A stretch of DNA of 64,000 nucleotides from positions 5,802-69,801 of the forward strand of contig JBFXGD010000001.1 of the NCBI GenBank assembly GCA_050178385.1, given 5' to 3'. Positions within the stretch are counted from its first letter, which is position 1. Each line of letters begins with the position of its first letter. Of this stretch, positions 44,634 through 53,727 are shown one piece after another. This DNA comes from Calditrichaceae bacterium (GTDB lineage: Bacteria > Calditrichota > Calditrichia > Calditrichales > JBFXGD01). The translations under genes were made by a program, and so were the position numbers. A model generated the notes under the pieces. It was given only the letters and a program-made list of their open reading frames with translations. It was not told where the DNA came from and made no database searches.

Positions 44634-45895
44634 TCAATAAATACCTTAAAAGGATAAATAGCGTTTGAGAAAACTCCGATCAGTGTAGAATCACTCCGAA
44701 AATGTTTCACCAGCCGGGTGCCCGTGTCGCTCACTATGAGATTGCCGTTTTTCGGATTAATTCTCAAGTCTGACGGAGAAATAAAACCTATACGTTGACT
44801 GAGACGTAATCCGTTGTATGAAAGTTGCATTATTTCTGAATTTATATCATTAAAAATTATTATCCAAATAGTCTGATTTTTTTCATCAATTCTGAATTTT
44901 CCAAGATTATCCGATCTGTAAATTTCTTCGGCTTCCCCGCTCGCAAGATCATATTTATACAGAATATCTTCGACCGGAGTCTGATCGGTAAGAAAAAGAA
45001 TTTGGTTTGCCTGGTCTATCTGAAAAAATTCCGGATCCATAAGGGTTTGATTTTCAAGAGCTGAAAGCGAATATTGTAAAACGCCCTCCAGATTATAAAC
45101 AAGTATTTGGTGATTCCTGTCATCGAGTATAAAAAGAAGTTTTTCTTCTGAAAGCTCAATCTGTATTGGATTCCCGAGATTTGTCGCCACTAAGGCTGCT
45201 GTCCCTGTCACAGGGTTGATCTCATATAGTTTTCCTGAAGAGTCAGTCAGCCAGAAGCTTTGGTTGAATCGATCATAAAGACAATCAAAGGGATTTTCAA
45301 TGCCGAATTCACTGAAAAGCACTTCCCCGTTTTCCAGATCAAAAATATCGAAACTGTTTATTGTCGGATAAGTTGCCATCGCGCGGTTGTGGTCATGGTC
45401 GAATGCAAGCGCCTCAGGGATCCACACGCCATAGACAATTAAATTGACTGTCTTCAGGTCATACGCGAGATTGAGAAATGTTTCAAGGCCCCACCTGTCG
45501 ATCAGCCATATATCTCCGGGTCCGGCCATGACCTCGACAATATTTGTTGGCGGAGAATCGGAATTTTCACCAATCAATGTCAGATAATAACTGTACTTGA
45601 TATCGTATTCAATATCAGTGTCCTGATATGACGTTTGGTTTTTTAAAAATGAAGATAAGAGGGTGAACTGATTTTCAAATTCAGTTTTTTTGTACAATTT
45701 GTAACCAGTAAAATCAACCGTTTGCGGCGGTCTCCATCTAATCTGCACCGTAGAATCGGCAGTTGAGACAAAAAGGTTTAAATCTATATTAGTTATACCG
45801 CTGCCGGGGTCAAATATATTGTCTTTATCCCTGTCTGAACAGCCGGTCAGAATGACTGTCACAAGCAGGTAAATTATTATACTAAGATATTTCAC
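44630..45895 (-). CDS. lipoprotein with an Fn3-like domain and a beta-propeller-like repeat region; function unknown
   Basis: Lipobox VILTGC-SD after a hydrophobic signal sequence. Fn3-like block (VQIRWRPPQTVDFTGYKLYKK..YSYYLTLIG). The remainder shows repeated beta-strand blades with LxD/Y patterns (NHL/YVTN-like by eye). Confidence 0.55.
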   Translation of the reverse strand: MKYLSIIIYLLVTVILTGCSDRDKDNIFDPGSGITNIDLNLFVSTADSTVQIRWRPPQTVDFTGYKLYKKTEFENQFTLLSSFLKNQTSYQDTDIEYDIKYSYYLTLIGENSDSPPTNIVEVMAGPGDIWLIDRWGLETFLNLAYDLKTVNLIVYGVWIPEALAFDHDHNRAMATYPTINSFDIFDLENGEVLFSEFGIENPFDCLYDRFNQSFWLTDSSGKLYEINPVTGTAALVATNLGNPIQIELSEEKLLFILDDRNHQILVYNLEGVLQYSLSALENQTLMDPEFFQIDQANQILFLTDQTPVEDILYKYDLASGEAEEIYRSDNLGKFRIDEKNQTIWIIIFNDINSEIMQLSYNGLRLSQRIGFISPSDLRINPKNGNLIVSDTGTRLVKHFRSDSTLIGVFSNAIYPFKVFIE

Positions 45896-45935
45896 ACGCT
45901 GTCTGTCTTAGTGATACTAATATTTTGCTAACCGG

Positions 45936-46583
45936 TTAATTAAATGAAAGTTTCTTTAATATCTCTTTGTAAACCTGTTTAACTTCATTATTTCCGTTAA
46001 TCGAGTAAAAATGATTCAGATTTTCATAATACTTTTTAACGGGTTCTGTTTGTTCTCTGTAAATATCGAGGCGTTTCTGAATGGTCTCTACATTGTCATC
46101 ACGCCTGGTTATTATTTCACCGCCGCAGATAGTGCATTTGTTGTCAGTGGGGGCCGGATTTGTAGCTGAATTATAATCCGCTCCACAGCTGTGACAGATT
46201 TTACGGATTGAGAGTCTCCTGATGATTTGGCTGTCCGGAACGGTGATTTCAATACAAACAAACGCGGGGAGTTTTAGTTTTGTCATTAAATCAGACAGAT
46301 GTTTGGCCTGTGGGATGGTTCTGGGAAATCCGTCAAGGATAAAACCATTTTTACAGTCATCTCTTTGGATGCGATCTTTAATAATTCCAAGCATCAGATC
46401 ATCGGGGACCAGTTCGCCCCTTTCCATGACTGACTTTGCTTTTTTCCCGAGTTCAGTTTCAGTTCTTACCGCCTCACGAAGCATATCGCCGGTAGATATT
46501 TGTGGAATCCCGAAATTAGTGCTTAACAGTTTCGCCTGAGTACCTTTTCCAACTCCCGGTGCGCCGAATAAAATAAGATGCAT
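45936..46583 (-). CDS. adk: adenylate kinase (zinc-lid type)
   Basis: LILFGAPGVGKGTQA P-loop, GFILDGFPRT, and the lid CHSCG...CTICGG. Confidence 0.95.
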   Translation of the reverse strand: MHLILFGAPGVGKGTQAKLLSTNFGIPQISTGDMLREAVRTETELGKKAKSVMERGELVPDDLMLGIIKDRIQRDDCKNGFILDGFPRTIPQAKHLSDLMTKLKLPAFVCIEITVPDSQIIRRLSIRKICHSCGADYNSATNPAPTDNKCTICGGEIITRRDDNVETIQKRLDIYREQTEPVKKYYENLNHFYSINGNNEVKQVYKEILKKLSFN

Positions 46584-46671
46584 CCTAAAGCTCCTTCAGT
46601 TTTTCGTTAAAGTATGCCTGATCTATGTTGTCAAACAGGTTTCTGAACCCGTTGCTGTTTTGTTCGTGCAT

Positions 46672-47730
46672 CTAAATATTTAAGGATTTAACGCTGATTC
46701 TTTTCTTTCGCTCATTTTCAGCATACAGCTGACCGCAGGCGGCCTGAATTTCCCATCCCTTCCTGCGGCGGATGGTAATGGTCCTGTGATTGTCATTAAC
46801 CAGGATGTCAAAGCGCTTTATCTGCTCATCAGTTGGTGGTTTGAACTGCGGATCATCTGAATTGCAGGGAATGATATTAATTTTGCAGGTGATGCCCTGT
46901 GTTAACTGTACCAGGAGTTGCGCATCTTCTTCAGATGAGTTCAATCCGTCGATTAAAACGTATTCGAATGTGACGCGTTTTTTTGTATTTTGGTTATAAT
47001 ATCTTGCCGCGTCAAGAAGTTTCTCAAGCGGATATTTTTTTGAAATCGGCATAATCTGTTCCCGGATGATATCTTTTACGCTATTCAGCGAAATAGCCAG
47101 TGAATAGGGTTGATTTTCATCAGCCATTCTATAGATGGCCGGGATGATTCCGCTGGTGGATATGGTTATTCGCTTACGGCTGAATGCCATTCCTTCCGGA
47201 TCAGACATAATATCTGCCGATTTTATAACCGCATCATAATTCAGCATGGGTTCTCCCATCCCCATAAAAACAATATTTGTGGGGGGATAGAGGCTGCGCT
47301 CCTTCATTTGAATCACCTGCTCAATGATTTCTCCGGATGTAAGGTTTCTTAATAACCCCATTTTACCGGTCGCGCAAAATTTGCAATCCAGGGGACAACC
47401 GATCTGTGATGAGATGCAGAAAGTTACTCTTTTTCCTTCATAAATAATCACGCTTTCAATTTTCATGCCGTCAGACAGCTTCCAAAGGTATTTTGTGGTG
47501 CCGTCCTTTTTTGATTTTATTTCATCTATTAAACTGAAGGTTCTGAGTGAAAATTGATTTCTTAGCAGCTCTCTGAAAGACTTTGGCAGTGTGCTGAATT
47601 CGATAAAATCTTGCCAGTTTTTTGAGTAAATCCCCTTATAGATCTGATTCGCCCGGTATCTGGGTTGATCAATCTCGGACATGTAATCTTCGAGTTCCTG
47701 CTCTGTAAAATCCAGGATATGTTGTATCAT
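46672..47730 (-). CDS. rlmN: 23S rRNA/tRNA (adenine-C2)-methyltransferase, radical SAM
   Basis: YRANQIY N-terminal block, radical-SAM cluster motif GCPLDCKFCATG, GMGEPMLNY, and the C-terminal catalytic Cys context AACGQL. Confidence 0.9.
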   Translation of the reverse strand: MIQHILDFTEQELEDYMSEIDQPRYRANQIYKGIYSKNWQDFIEFSTLPKSFRELLRNQFSLRTFSLIDEIKSKKDGTTKYLWKLSDGMKIESVIIYEGKRVTFCISSQIGCPLDCKFCATGKMGLLRNLTSGEIIEQVIQMKERSLYPPTNIVFMGMGEPMLNYDAVIKSADIMSDPEGMAFSRKRITISTSGIIPAIYRMADENQPYSLAISLNSVKDIIREQIMPISKKYPLEKLLDAARYYNQNTKKRVTFEYVLIDGLNSSEEDAQLLVQLTQGITCKINIIPCNSDDPQFKPPTDEQIKRFDILVNDNHRTITIRRRKGWEIQAACGQLYAENERKKRISVKSLNI

Positions 47731-47836
47731 CTATTTCTCATTTGCATTTAAGCCGATCTGTATGTAAAATTTAATCTGTTATCATCAAATAAAATTTATT
47801 AAATTATTGGTTCAATCTCAAGGAAATTAATGGTCT

Positions 47837-48844
47837 ATGGATAAAGGAATTCCAAATTCTCCTGCTGATTTAGAGATCGCTGACTTAATTCTTGCCAAAT
47901 ATGAAAAAATTAAGAAAGAACTCTCAAAAATTATCATAGGCCAGGATGATATCATTGAACATTTGTTGATCTCCCTTTTTACGCGCGGGCACAGTCTTCT
48001 TGTTGGTGTACCGGGTTTGGCAAAAACTTTGCTTATACGCACTCTCGGCCAGATCCTGGATATGCAGTTTTCAAGGATTCAATTTACTCCGGATCTGATG
48101 CCTTCTGATATTACAGGAACTGAAATTCTGGAGGAAGACCGTTCTACCGGTCAAAAATCCTTCAAATTTATAAAAGGCCCCATATTTGCCAATCTGATAC
48201 TCGCGGATGAGATTAACAGAACTCCGCCAAAAACTCAATCCGCTTTGCTTGAGGCTATGCAGGAGTATCGGGTAACCGCTGCCGGTCAGTCGCATATCCT
48301 TGATGAACCTTTTTTTGTTTTGGCGACTCAAAATCCCATCGAACAGGAAGGAACTTACCCGCTTCCCGAGGCTCAGTTAGACCGTTTTATGTTCAGCCTC
48401 TGGTTGGATTATCCCGATTTCGCCGATGAGCTGGAAATTGTTAAACGAACAACAGCCAATTTTAATTTCGAACCTGAGACCGTTGTTTCCAAACAGGATA
48501 TACTGGAATTTCAGAATCTAATCAGACGCGTACCCGTGGCCGACAATGTGGTCGATTATACGGTCCGGCTTGTCAGTTCGACCCGCAGGGGACATCCATT
48601 GTCGGATGAAAAAATATCTGAATGGATCCGCTGGGGCGCAGGACCAAGGGCATCGCAGTTTCTGATCCTCGGAGCGAAAGCGAGAGCGATACTTCACCAT
48701 CGTTACACTCCTGATGTCGATGATATTCGCAGTCTGGCATTACCTGTACTCAGGCATCGTCTTGTCACGTCATTTAGCGCCGAAGCAGAAGGTATTTCTA
48801 TAGAACAGATCATCGATTATGTTTTAGAAAAAGTGGATCATTGA
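47837..48844 (+). CDS. MoxR-family AAA+ ATPase
   Basis: IIGQDDIIEHLLISL, Walker A LLVGVPGLAKT, FTPDLMPSDITG, Walker B LADEINR and ATQNPIEQEGTYPLPEAQLDRF. Confidence 0.85.
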   Translation: MDKGIPNSPADLEIADLILAKYEKIKKELSKIIIGQDDIIEHLLISLFTRGHSLLVGVPGLAKTLLIRTLGQILDMQFSRIQFTPDLMPSDITGTEILEEDRSTGQKSFKFIKGPIFANLILADEINRTPPKTQSALLEAMQEYRVTAAGQSHILDEPFFVLATQNPIEQEGTYPLPEAQLDRFMFSLWLDYPDFADELEIVKRTTANFNFEPETVVSKQDILEFQNLIRRVPVADNVVDYTVRLVSSTRRGHPLSDEKISEWIRWGAGPRASQFLILGAKARAILHHRYTPDVDDIRSLALPVLRHRLVTSFSAEAEGISIEQIIDYVLEKVDH

Positions 48845-48963
48845 AAGGGAAAAGAAACTTTACGGTAATCATTCTCTGGTTTAAACCAATGAATTGACTA
48901 CTTTTATGGATTTCCGGGGGGACAAGTTTCTAAAGAGTGGTATTTTAATTAGGATTTACCAAA

Positions 48964-51900
48964 ATGTATTGGAAAATTCGTTCAACCGGTGTTTACTGGT
49001 ATAATATTCTGCTTGTCTTATTCGCGTATCTGACTATCACCTATTCTCAAACGATCCCTTTGCGCGTTTACTCCATTGAAGAAGGCCTTATACAAACGCA
49101 GGTACAGACCATTACCCAGGATCCCGATGGATACTTGTGGATCGGAACCAAGGACGGCGTATCTAAATTTGATGGCCTCCATTTTTATAATTACAGCAAA
49201 AATAGCGGATTAGCCGAAAACTTTGTATTGACCTCCATTTGCGATAAAAATGGCAATATTTGGTTCGGACATTTTAGCGGTAATCTGAGTGTTTTTGATT
49301 ACAGGGAAAACACCTTTAGATCACATTCGCTCAATGATAAACTCCCCAGCAGTCCCATCACCGGTCTCTACATCGATCCTGCCGACAGACTCTGGATAGC
49401 CACCCTGGAAAAGGGATTGTTCTATGCTTCGGGAGATTCACTCATTAATGTTTCGGAACAGTTAAATATTAATTTTGGGACGATTCAGAGGCTCTTCGCG
49501 GATAAGGAAAATAATATCTGGATTGCTACTAAAAAAGGCGTCGTCACCATCAGTTTCGATGATACCAGTTCTCTTGAAACAATGAAAATGCGTTTTTATA
49601 CAGAAATGGATGGTCTTGCTGATGATGGCATTCTTGCAATCTGCGAAGATAGTGATGGCTTCATATGGTTAGGAACCTCAAATAACGGTGTTCTTAAGTT
49701 CAGGAGAGATATAAAGACCGGCGATCTCTATGATCTGAAAAAAATAAACAAAAACGATGGTTTGCTGTCGGATCAGATAAATGTAATATTTGAGGATTCG
49801 AAAAAGAATGTATGGCTTGGTACGAACAGTGGCGGAGTTTCAAAGTACAAGCCCGGAAGCGCCAATAAAAACGAAGCGATAGCCTGCACTATTACCCCTG
49901 CTCAAGGACTTGGGCATCTGAATGTAAGCGCGATCTTTGAAGACAGGGAGGGTAATATATGGATTGGAACGGATAATGGTATTACTCAATATCGGGGTGA
50001 GCGCTTTGAGATGTTTGGAGCAGCCGACGGATTGTCAAATAAATCGGTTTGGGCGGTTTATGAAGACAGTCAGCACAGAATCTGGCTGGGAACGGAAGAC
50101 GGAATAACCAGAATCAGCGGTATCTATGATCACCCTCGCCAACTTAAAATTAGAAATTACAAGATGGCGGACGGACTTCCCACCCAGATGATTGTATCCA
50201 TTATTGAGGATAAATTCGGCCGGATCTGGGCGGGGACAGAAAAAGCAGGAATTGCCGTTATTGATCCCATAACAAATAATATCACTATCCTTTCTGAATC
50301 AGACGGACTGCCAAGTAACTTTATTTTATCCATGACAGTTGATTCGGACAAGAATATCTGGGTAGGAACGGCCTTGGGAGGCCTGGTAAAATGCGAGCTT
50401 CCTGAAACGCGCCGGCCCGGCGGTAAAATTTTAAAAAACCTAAAAAATTATACAACCGATGATGGTCTTTTTTCAAATAACGTCTACGTGGTCAGTGCTG
50501 GCCGGAACGGCAACATCTGGATCGGTTCTGAAGATATGGTTCTCACACGTTGGAATGGCCGGGAATTTAACAGATTTTCAATGGACAGGAGACCCAATAT
50601 CTCCCATATCACTTCGCTGTCAGAAGATGATCTCGGTAATATATGGTTTGGCACGACCAGTGGCGGAATTTTTGAATTTGACGGTGAAAAAATATCGAAG
50701 ATATCTTTGCAGAATATACTCGATGATAAAATAATTTATGCCGTCAAGCATGATGACTCGGGTAATCTCTGGATTGCAGCCACATCAGGAGTTTATAAGT
50801 ATAACAGTAAGGATTCAACCTTATTGCACTACGGCAAGCATGAGGGCTTTCTGGGTATTGAGTCTAATGAAAATGCGGTTGCCCGGGATCACGAAGGAAA
50901 TCTCTGGTTTGGTACAATTTCCGGGGCGATTAAATATAATCCTGATAAAGATCAGATAAATAAGCTGCCTCCGCAGATAAAAATCACGGATGTTAAAATT
51001 TATTTCAAAGAAACTCCGGATATACGTGAATCTAAACTGCAGTATAATCAAAATCATCTGACATTTAATTTTATCGGAATTTGTCTTTCAACACCGGAAA
51101 AGGTTCGATACCGTTACTTTCTGGAAGGATTTGATTCAGAATGGTCGCCGGTTACCTCGGATAATCGCGCTACTTACTCCAATTTGCCACCCGGTGAATA
51201 TGTTTTTAAGGTAAGTGCAGTCAATAATGATGGAATCTGGACCAAAGAGCCGGTTAGCTATGCTTTTGAAATATTGACCCCATTCTGGAAGACCTGGTGG
51301 TTTATAGGCCTGGGTTTGATGACAATTCTATTTGGCGCGGTTATTTCACATAGAAGAAGAGTTTATCAGTTTGAAAAACAAAACTCCCTGCTTGAGTTGA
51401 AAGTGGATCACCGGACAGCTCAGCTGAAGAAGGAGAAGGAGAAAGTTGAATTCGCGCTTGAAAAATTAAACAGGCAGGAAAATCAATTACAAAAAATTGC
51501 TGAAAACGCCACTCTGCTGCTCAGAAATCCATATTACGTGCAGTCGATCCGCGAAGCTCTTCAGGTCATCGGCGATACATCAGGTGTGGATCATATTTAT
51601 ATATTCCAAAATCAGTCCACTCTCAATGAAAAAGTGTCGGTCCGGTTTAAAATGCATTTTAAATGGGATAAAAATGAGGATCCTGGAGTTGGAGAACAAC
51701 AGGCCTATAAAATGCAGATTTTTGATGATACTGATTTATTCAAAATTTATGAACTTCTAAAAAATTCGGAGTTGATCACAGACCGTTATCCTGCTTTTAC
51801 TCTTTCCCAGGATTCAAAAAAAGCAAAAGTCTCCCGGCTGGCTATTCCCGTAACCATTAGTAAACAGTTCTGGGGATTTATTATGCTGGATGATTCAAAT

Positions 51901-53514
51901 TACAGGCGTGTCTGGGAAAAAAATGATTTGGCCATCATGAAAACGGCTGTCGCAAATATTGGCGGGGCCATAGAGAGACACGAAACTGAAGGAGAACTGA
52001 GCAGGCTGTCTCTGGCCGTAAAAACATCAACAGACAGTATTTTTATAGGTGATATAAAGGGACGGATTACGGATTTAAATGAATCTGCCATGAAACTTAT
52101 GGAGGTGGATGAAAAGTACGATATTATCGGATGCCGGGGGGTCGCGTTTATTGATCCTGATGACCGGAAAAGATTTATGCAGGATGTGTTCAGGGCCATC
52201 AATACAGATGAGACAAAAACACGCGAATATTTAATGATCACGAAACTAAAAAAGCGGATTCCGGTGGAAATCAGTCTCTCATTGCTCAGAGAGCCGAATG
52301 GTTATCTGCTCGGATTTGTGCTTTTTTGCAGGGATGTCTCGGAACGCAATAAAATGGAAGAAGAGCTGTTGAAAGCACGAAAACTTGAATCATTAGGCAT
52401 ACTCGCGGGAGGCATTGCCCATGATTTCAATAATATTCTTACGGCGATTCTGGGAAATATATCATTGGCTAAAATTTTTGCGCAGTCAGATACGAAAATA
52501 TTATCAAGACTTACAGAGTCAGAAAGAGCGACAATGCGCGCCAAAGATCTCACTCAGCAATTACTCACATTTTCCAAAGGCGGCACTCCAATTAAGAAAA
52601 CGGCATCAATAGCCGATCTGATCAGGGAAAATGCCGGATTTGTTCTTCACGGATCAAAAATTCTCTGCAATTATTCCATACAGGATGATATCTGGAATGT
52701 GGAGATAGATGAAGGACAGATTAGCCAGGTGATTAATAATTTGACTATAAACGCCCTGCAGGCCATGCCGGAGGGGGGCGTTCTGGATGTCAGCGCGGAA
52801 AACTATGTGATTGGAAAAGAGACAGACCTTCCGCTGAAACAAGGTGACTGCGTCAAACTGTCCTTTAAGGATAACGGAATCGGAATATCAAAAGGATACA
52901 TTGATAAAATTTTTGACCCTTACTTTACGACAAAACAGAGGGGAAGCGGTCTGGGACTTGCAACGACGTATTCGATTATACAGAAACATGAAGGACACAT
53001 CACTGTCGAATCGTCTCTTGGTTTGGGAACAACCTTTTATATTTATCTGCCGGCTTCAAGAAAGAGCCGTATCTTAAAAATGGAATCCGGTACAGGTATA
53101 GAAATGAAAGGTCAGGGTACCATTCTTGTGATGGATGATGATGTTCTTATTTTGGAAGTCGCCTGCAGTCTGTTGAACAATCTGGGTTTCGAAGTGGAAA
53201 CAGCAAAAGACGGGTGGGAAGCTGTTCAAATGTATCAGGAAAGATCCGCTAAAAACGAACGATATGATGCGGTCATCGTTGATCTGACGGTGCCCGGCGG
53301 AATGGGCGGCGCGGATACGGTAAGGGAAATATTAAAAATAGATCATCAGGCAAGAGTAATTGTTTCAAGCGGATATTCAAATGATCCGATAATGGCTAAC
53401 TACCGGGATTACGGATTTTGCGGTGTGGTGGCAAAACCTTACAGACTTGAAGATCTGAAGAATATGCTGTTACGGATATTTGAGCGCGATCCGTCAGCAT
53501 GGTTAAAAAATTAG
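48964..53514 (+). CDS. hybrid sensor histidine kinase: periplasmic two-component-regulator propeller repeats + Y_Y_Y, TM, coiled coil, GAF-like, PAS, HisKA-HATPase, REC
   Basis: There are many repeats of the G..W.GT..G. type (LWIGTKDGV, IWIATKKGV, IWIGTDNGI...). Y_Y_Y block RYRYFLEGFDSEWS..YSNLPPGEYVF. TM segment WWFIGLGLMTILFGAVI. H-box AHDFNNILT, G2 box GSGLGLA, and REC (ILVMDDD, VDLTVPGGMGG, AKPY). Confidence 0.85.
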   Translation: MYWKIRSTGVYWYNILLVLFAYLTITYSQTIPLRVYSIEEGLIQTQVQTITQDPDGYLWIGTKDGVSKFDGLHFYNYSKNSGLAENFVLTSICDKNGNIWFGHFSGNLSVFDYRENTFRSHSLNDKLPSSPITGLYIDPADRLWIATLEKGLFYASGDSLINVSEQLNINFGTIQRLFADKENNIWIATKKGVVTISFDDTSSLETMKMRFYTEMDGLADDGILAICEDSDGFIWLGTSNNGVLKFRRDIKTGDLYDLKKINKNDGLLSDQINVIFEDSKKNVWLGTNSGGVSKYKPGSANKNEAIACTITPAQGLGHLNVSAIFEDREGNIWIGTDNGITQYRGERFEMFGAADGLSNKSVWAVYEDSQHRIWLGTEDGITRISGIYDHPRQLKIRNYKMADGLPTQMIVSIIEDKFGRIWAGTEKAGIAVIDPITNNITILSESDGLPSNFILSMTVDSDKNIWVGTALGGLVKCELPETRRPGGKILKNLKNYTTDDGLFSNNVYVVSAGRNGNIWIGSEDMVLTRWNGREFNRFSMDRRPNISHITSLSEDDLGNIWFGTTSGGIFEFDGEKISKISLQNILDDKIIYAVKHDDSGNLWIAATSGVYKYNSKDSTLLHYGKHEGFLGIESNENAVARDHEGNLWFGTISGAIKYNPDKDQINKLPPQIKITDVKIYFKETPDIRESKLQYNQNHLTFNFIGICLSTPEKVRYRYFLEGFDSEWSPVTSDNRATYSNLPPGEYVFKVSAVNNDGIWTKEPVSYAFEILTPFWKTWWFIGLGLMTILFGAVISHRRRVYQFEKQNSLLELKVDHRTAQLKKEKEKVEFALEKLNRQENQLQKIAENATLLLRNPYYVQSIREALQVIGDTSGVDHIYIFQNQSTLNEKVSVRFKMHFKWDKNEDPGVGEQQAYKMQIFDDTDLFKIYELLKNSELITDRYPAFTLSQDSKKAKVSRLAIPVTISKQFWGFIMLDDSNYRRVWEKNDLAIMKTAVANIGGAIERHETEGELSRLSLAVKTSTDSIFIGDIKGRITDLNESAMKLMEVDEKYDIIGCRGVAFIDPDDRKRFMQDVFRAINTDETKTREYLMITKLKKRIPVEISLSLLREPNGYLLGFVLFCRDVSERNKMEEELLKARKLESLGILAGGIAHDFNNILTAILGNISLAKIFAQSDTKILSRLTESERATMRAKDLTQQLLTFSKGGTPIKKTASIADLIRENAGFVLHGSKILCNYSIQDDIWNVEIDEGQISQVINNLTINALQAMPEGGVLDVSAENYVIGKETDLPLKQGDCVKLSFKDNGIGISKGYIDKIFDPYFTTKQRGSGLGLATTYSIIQKHEGHITVESSLGLGTTFYIYLPASRKSRILKMESGTGIEMKGQGTILVMDDDVLILEVACSLLNNLGFEVETAKDGWEAVQMYQERSAKNERYDAVIVDLTVPGGMGGADTVREILKIDHQARVIVSSGYSNDPIMANYRDYGFCGVVAKPYRLEDLKNMLLRIFERDPSAWLKN

Positions 53515-53640
53515 GATTAACCACAGGTTTTTCGGAATAAAATTGATGATAAAGAATCAGAATTGATCCTTATTTGAAAGTTGGGCAGGGGGCAGAAATT
53601 TAATCAGGGATAATTTAGAAATACTCAGTTATAATGTTTT

Positions 53641-53675
53641 ATTAATCCGGCATAGCTAGTACCAGCCGGATTAAT
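53641..53675. terminator. perfect 11-bp inverted repeat between convergent genes (possible bidirectional terminator)
   Basis: ATTAATCCGGC (53641-53651) / GCCGGATTAAT (53665-53675) with a 13-nt loop. The plus-strand tail is CGCTTAGTTTTCTG. There is no clean U-tract on either strand. Confidence 0.4.
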
Positions 53676-53727
53676 CGCTTAGTTTTCTGTGCTGATAAAG
53701 TGTTTTACGCGAATATTGCTTCATTCA

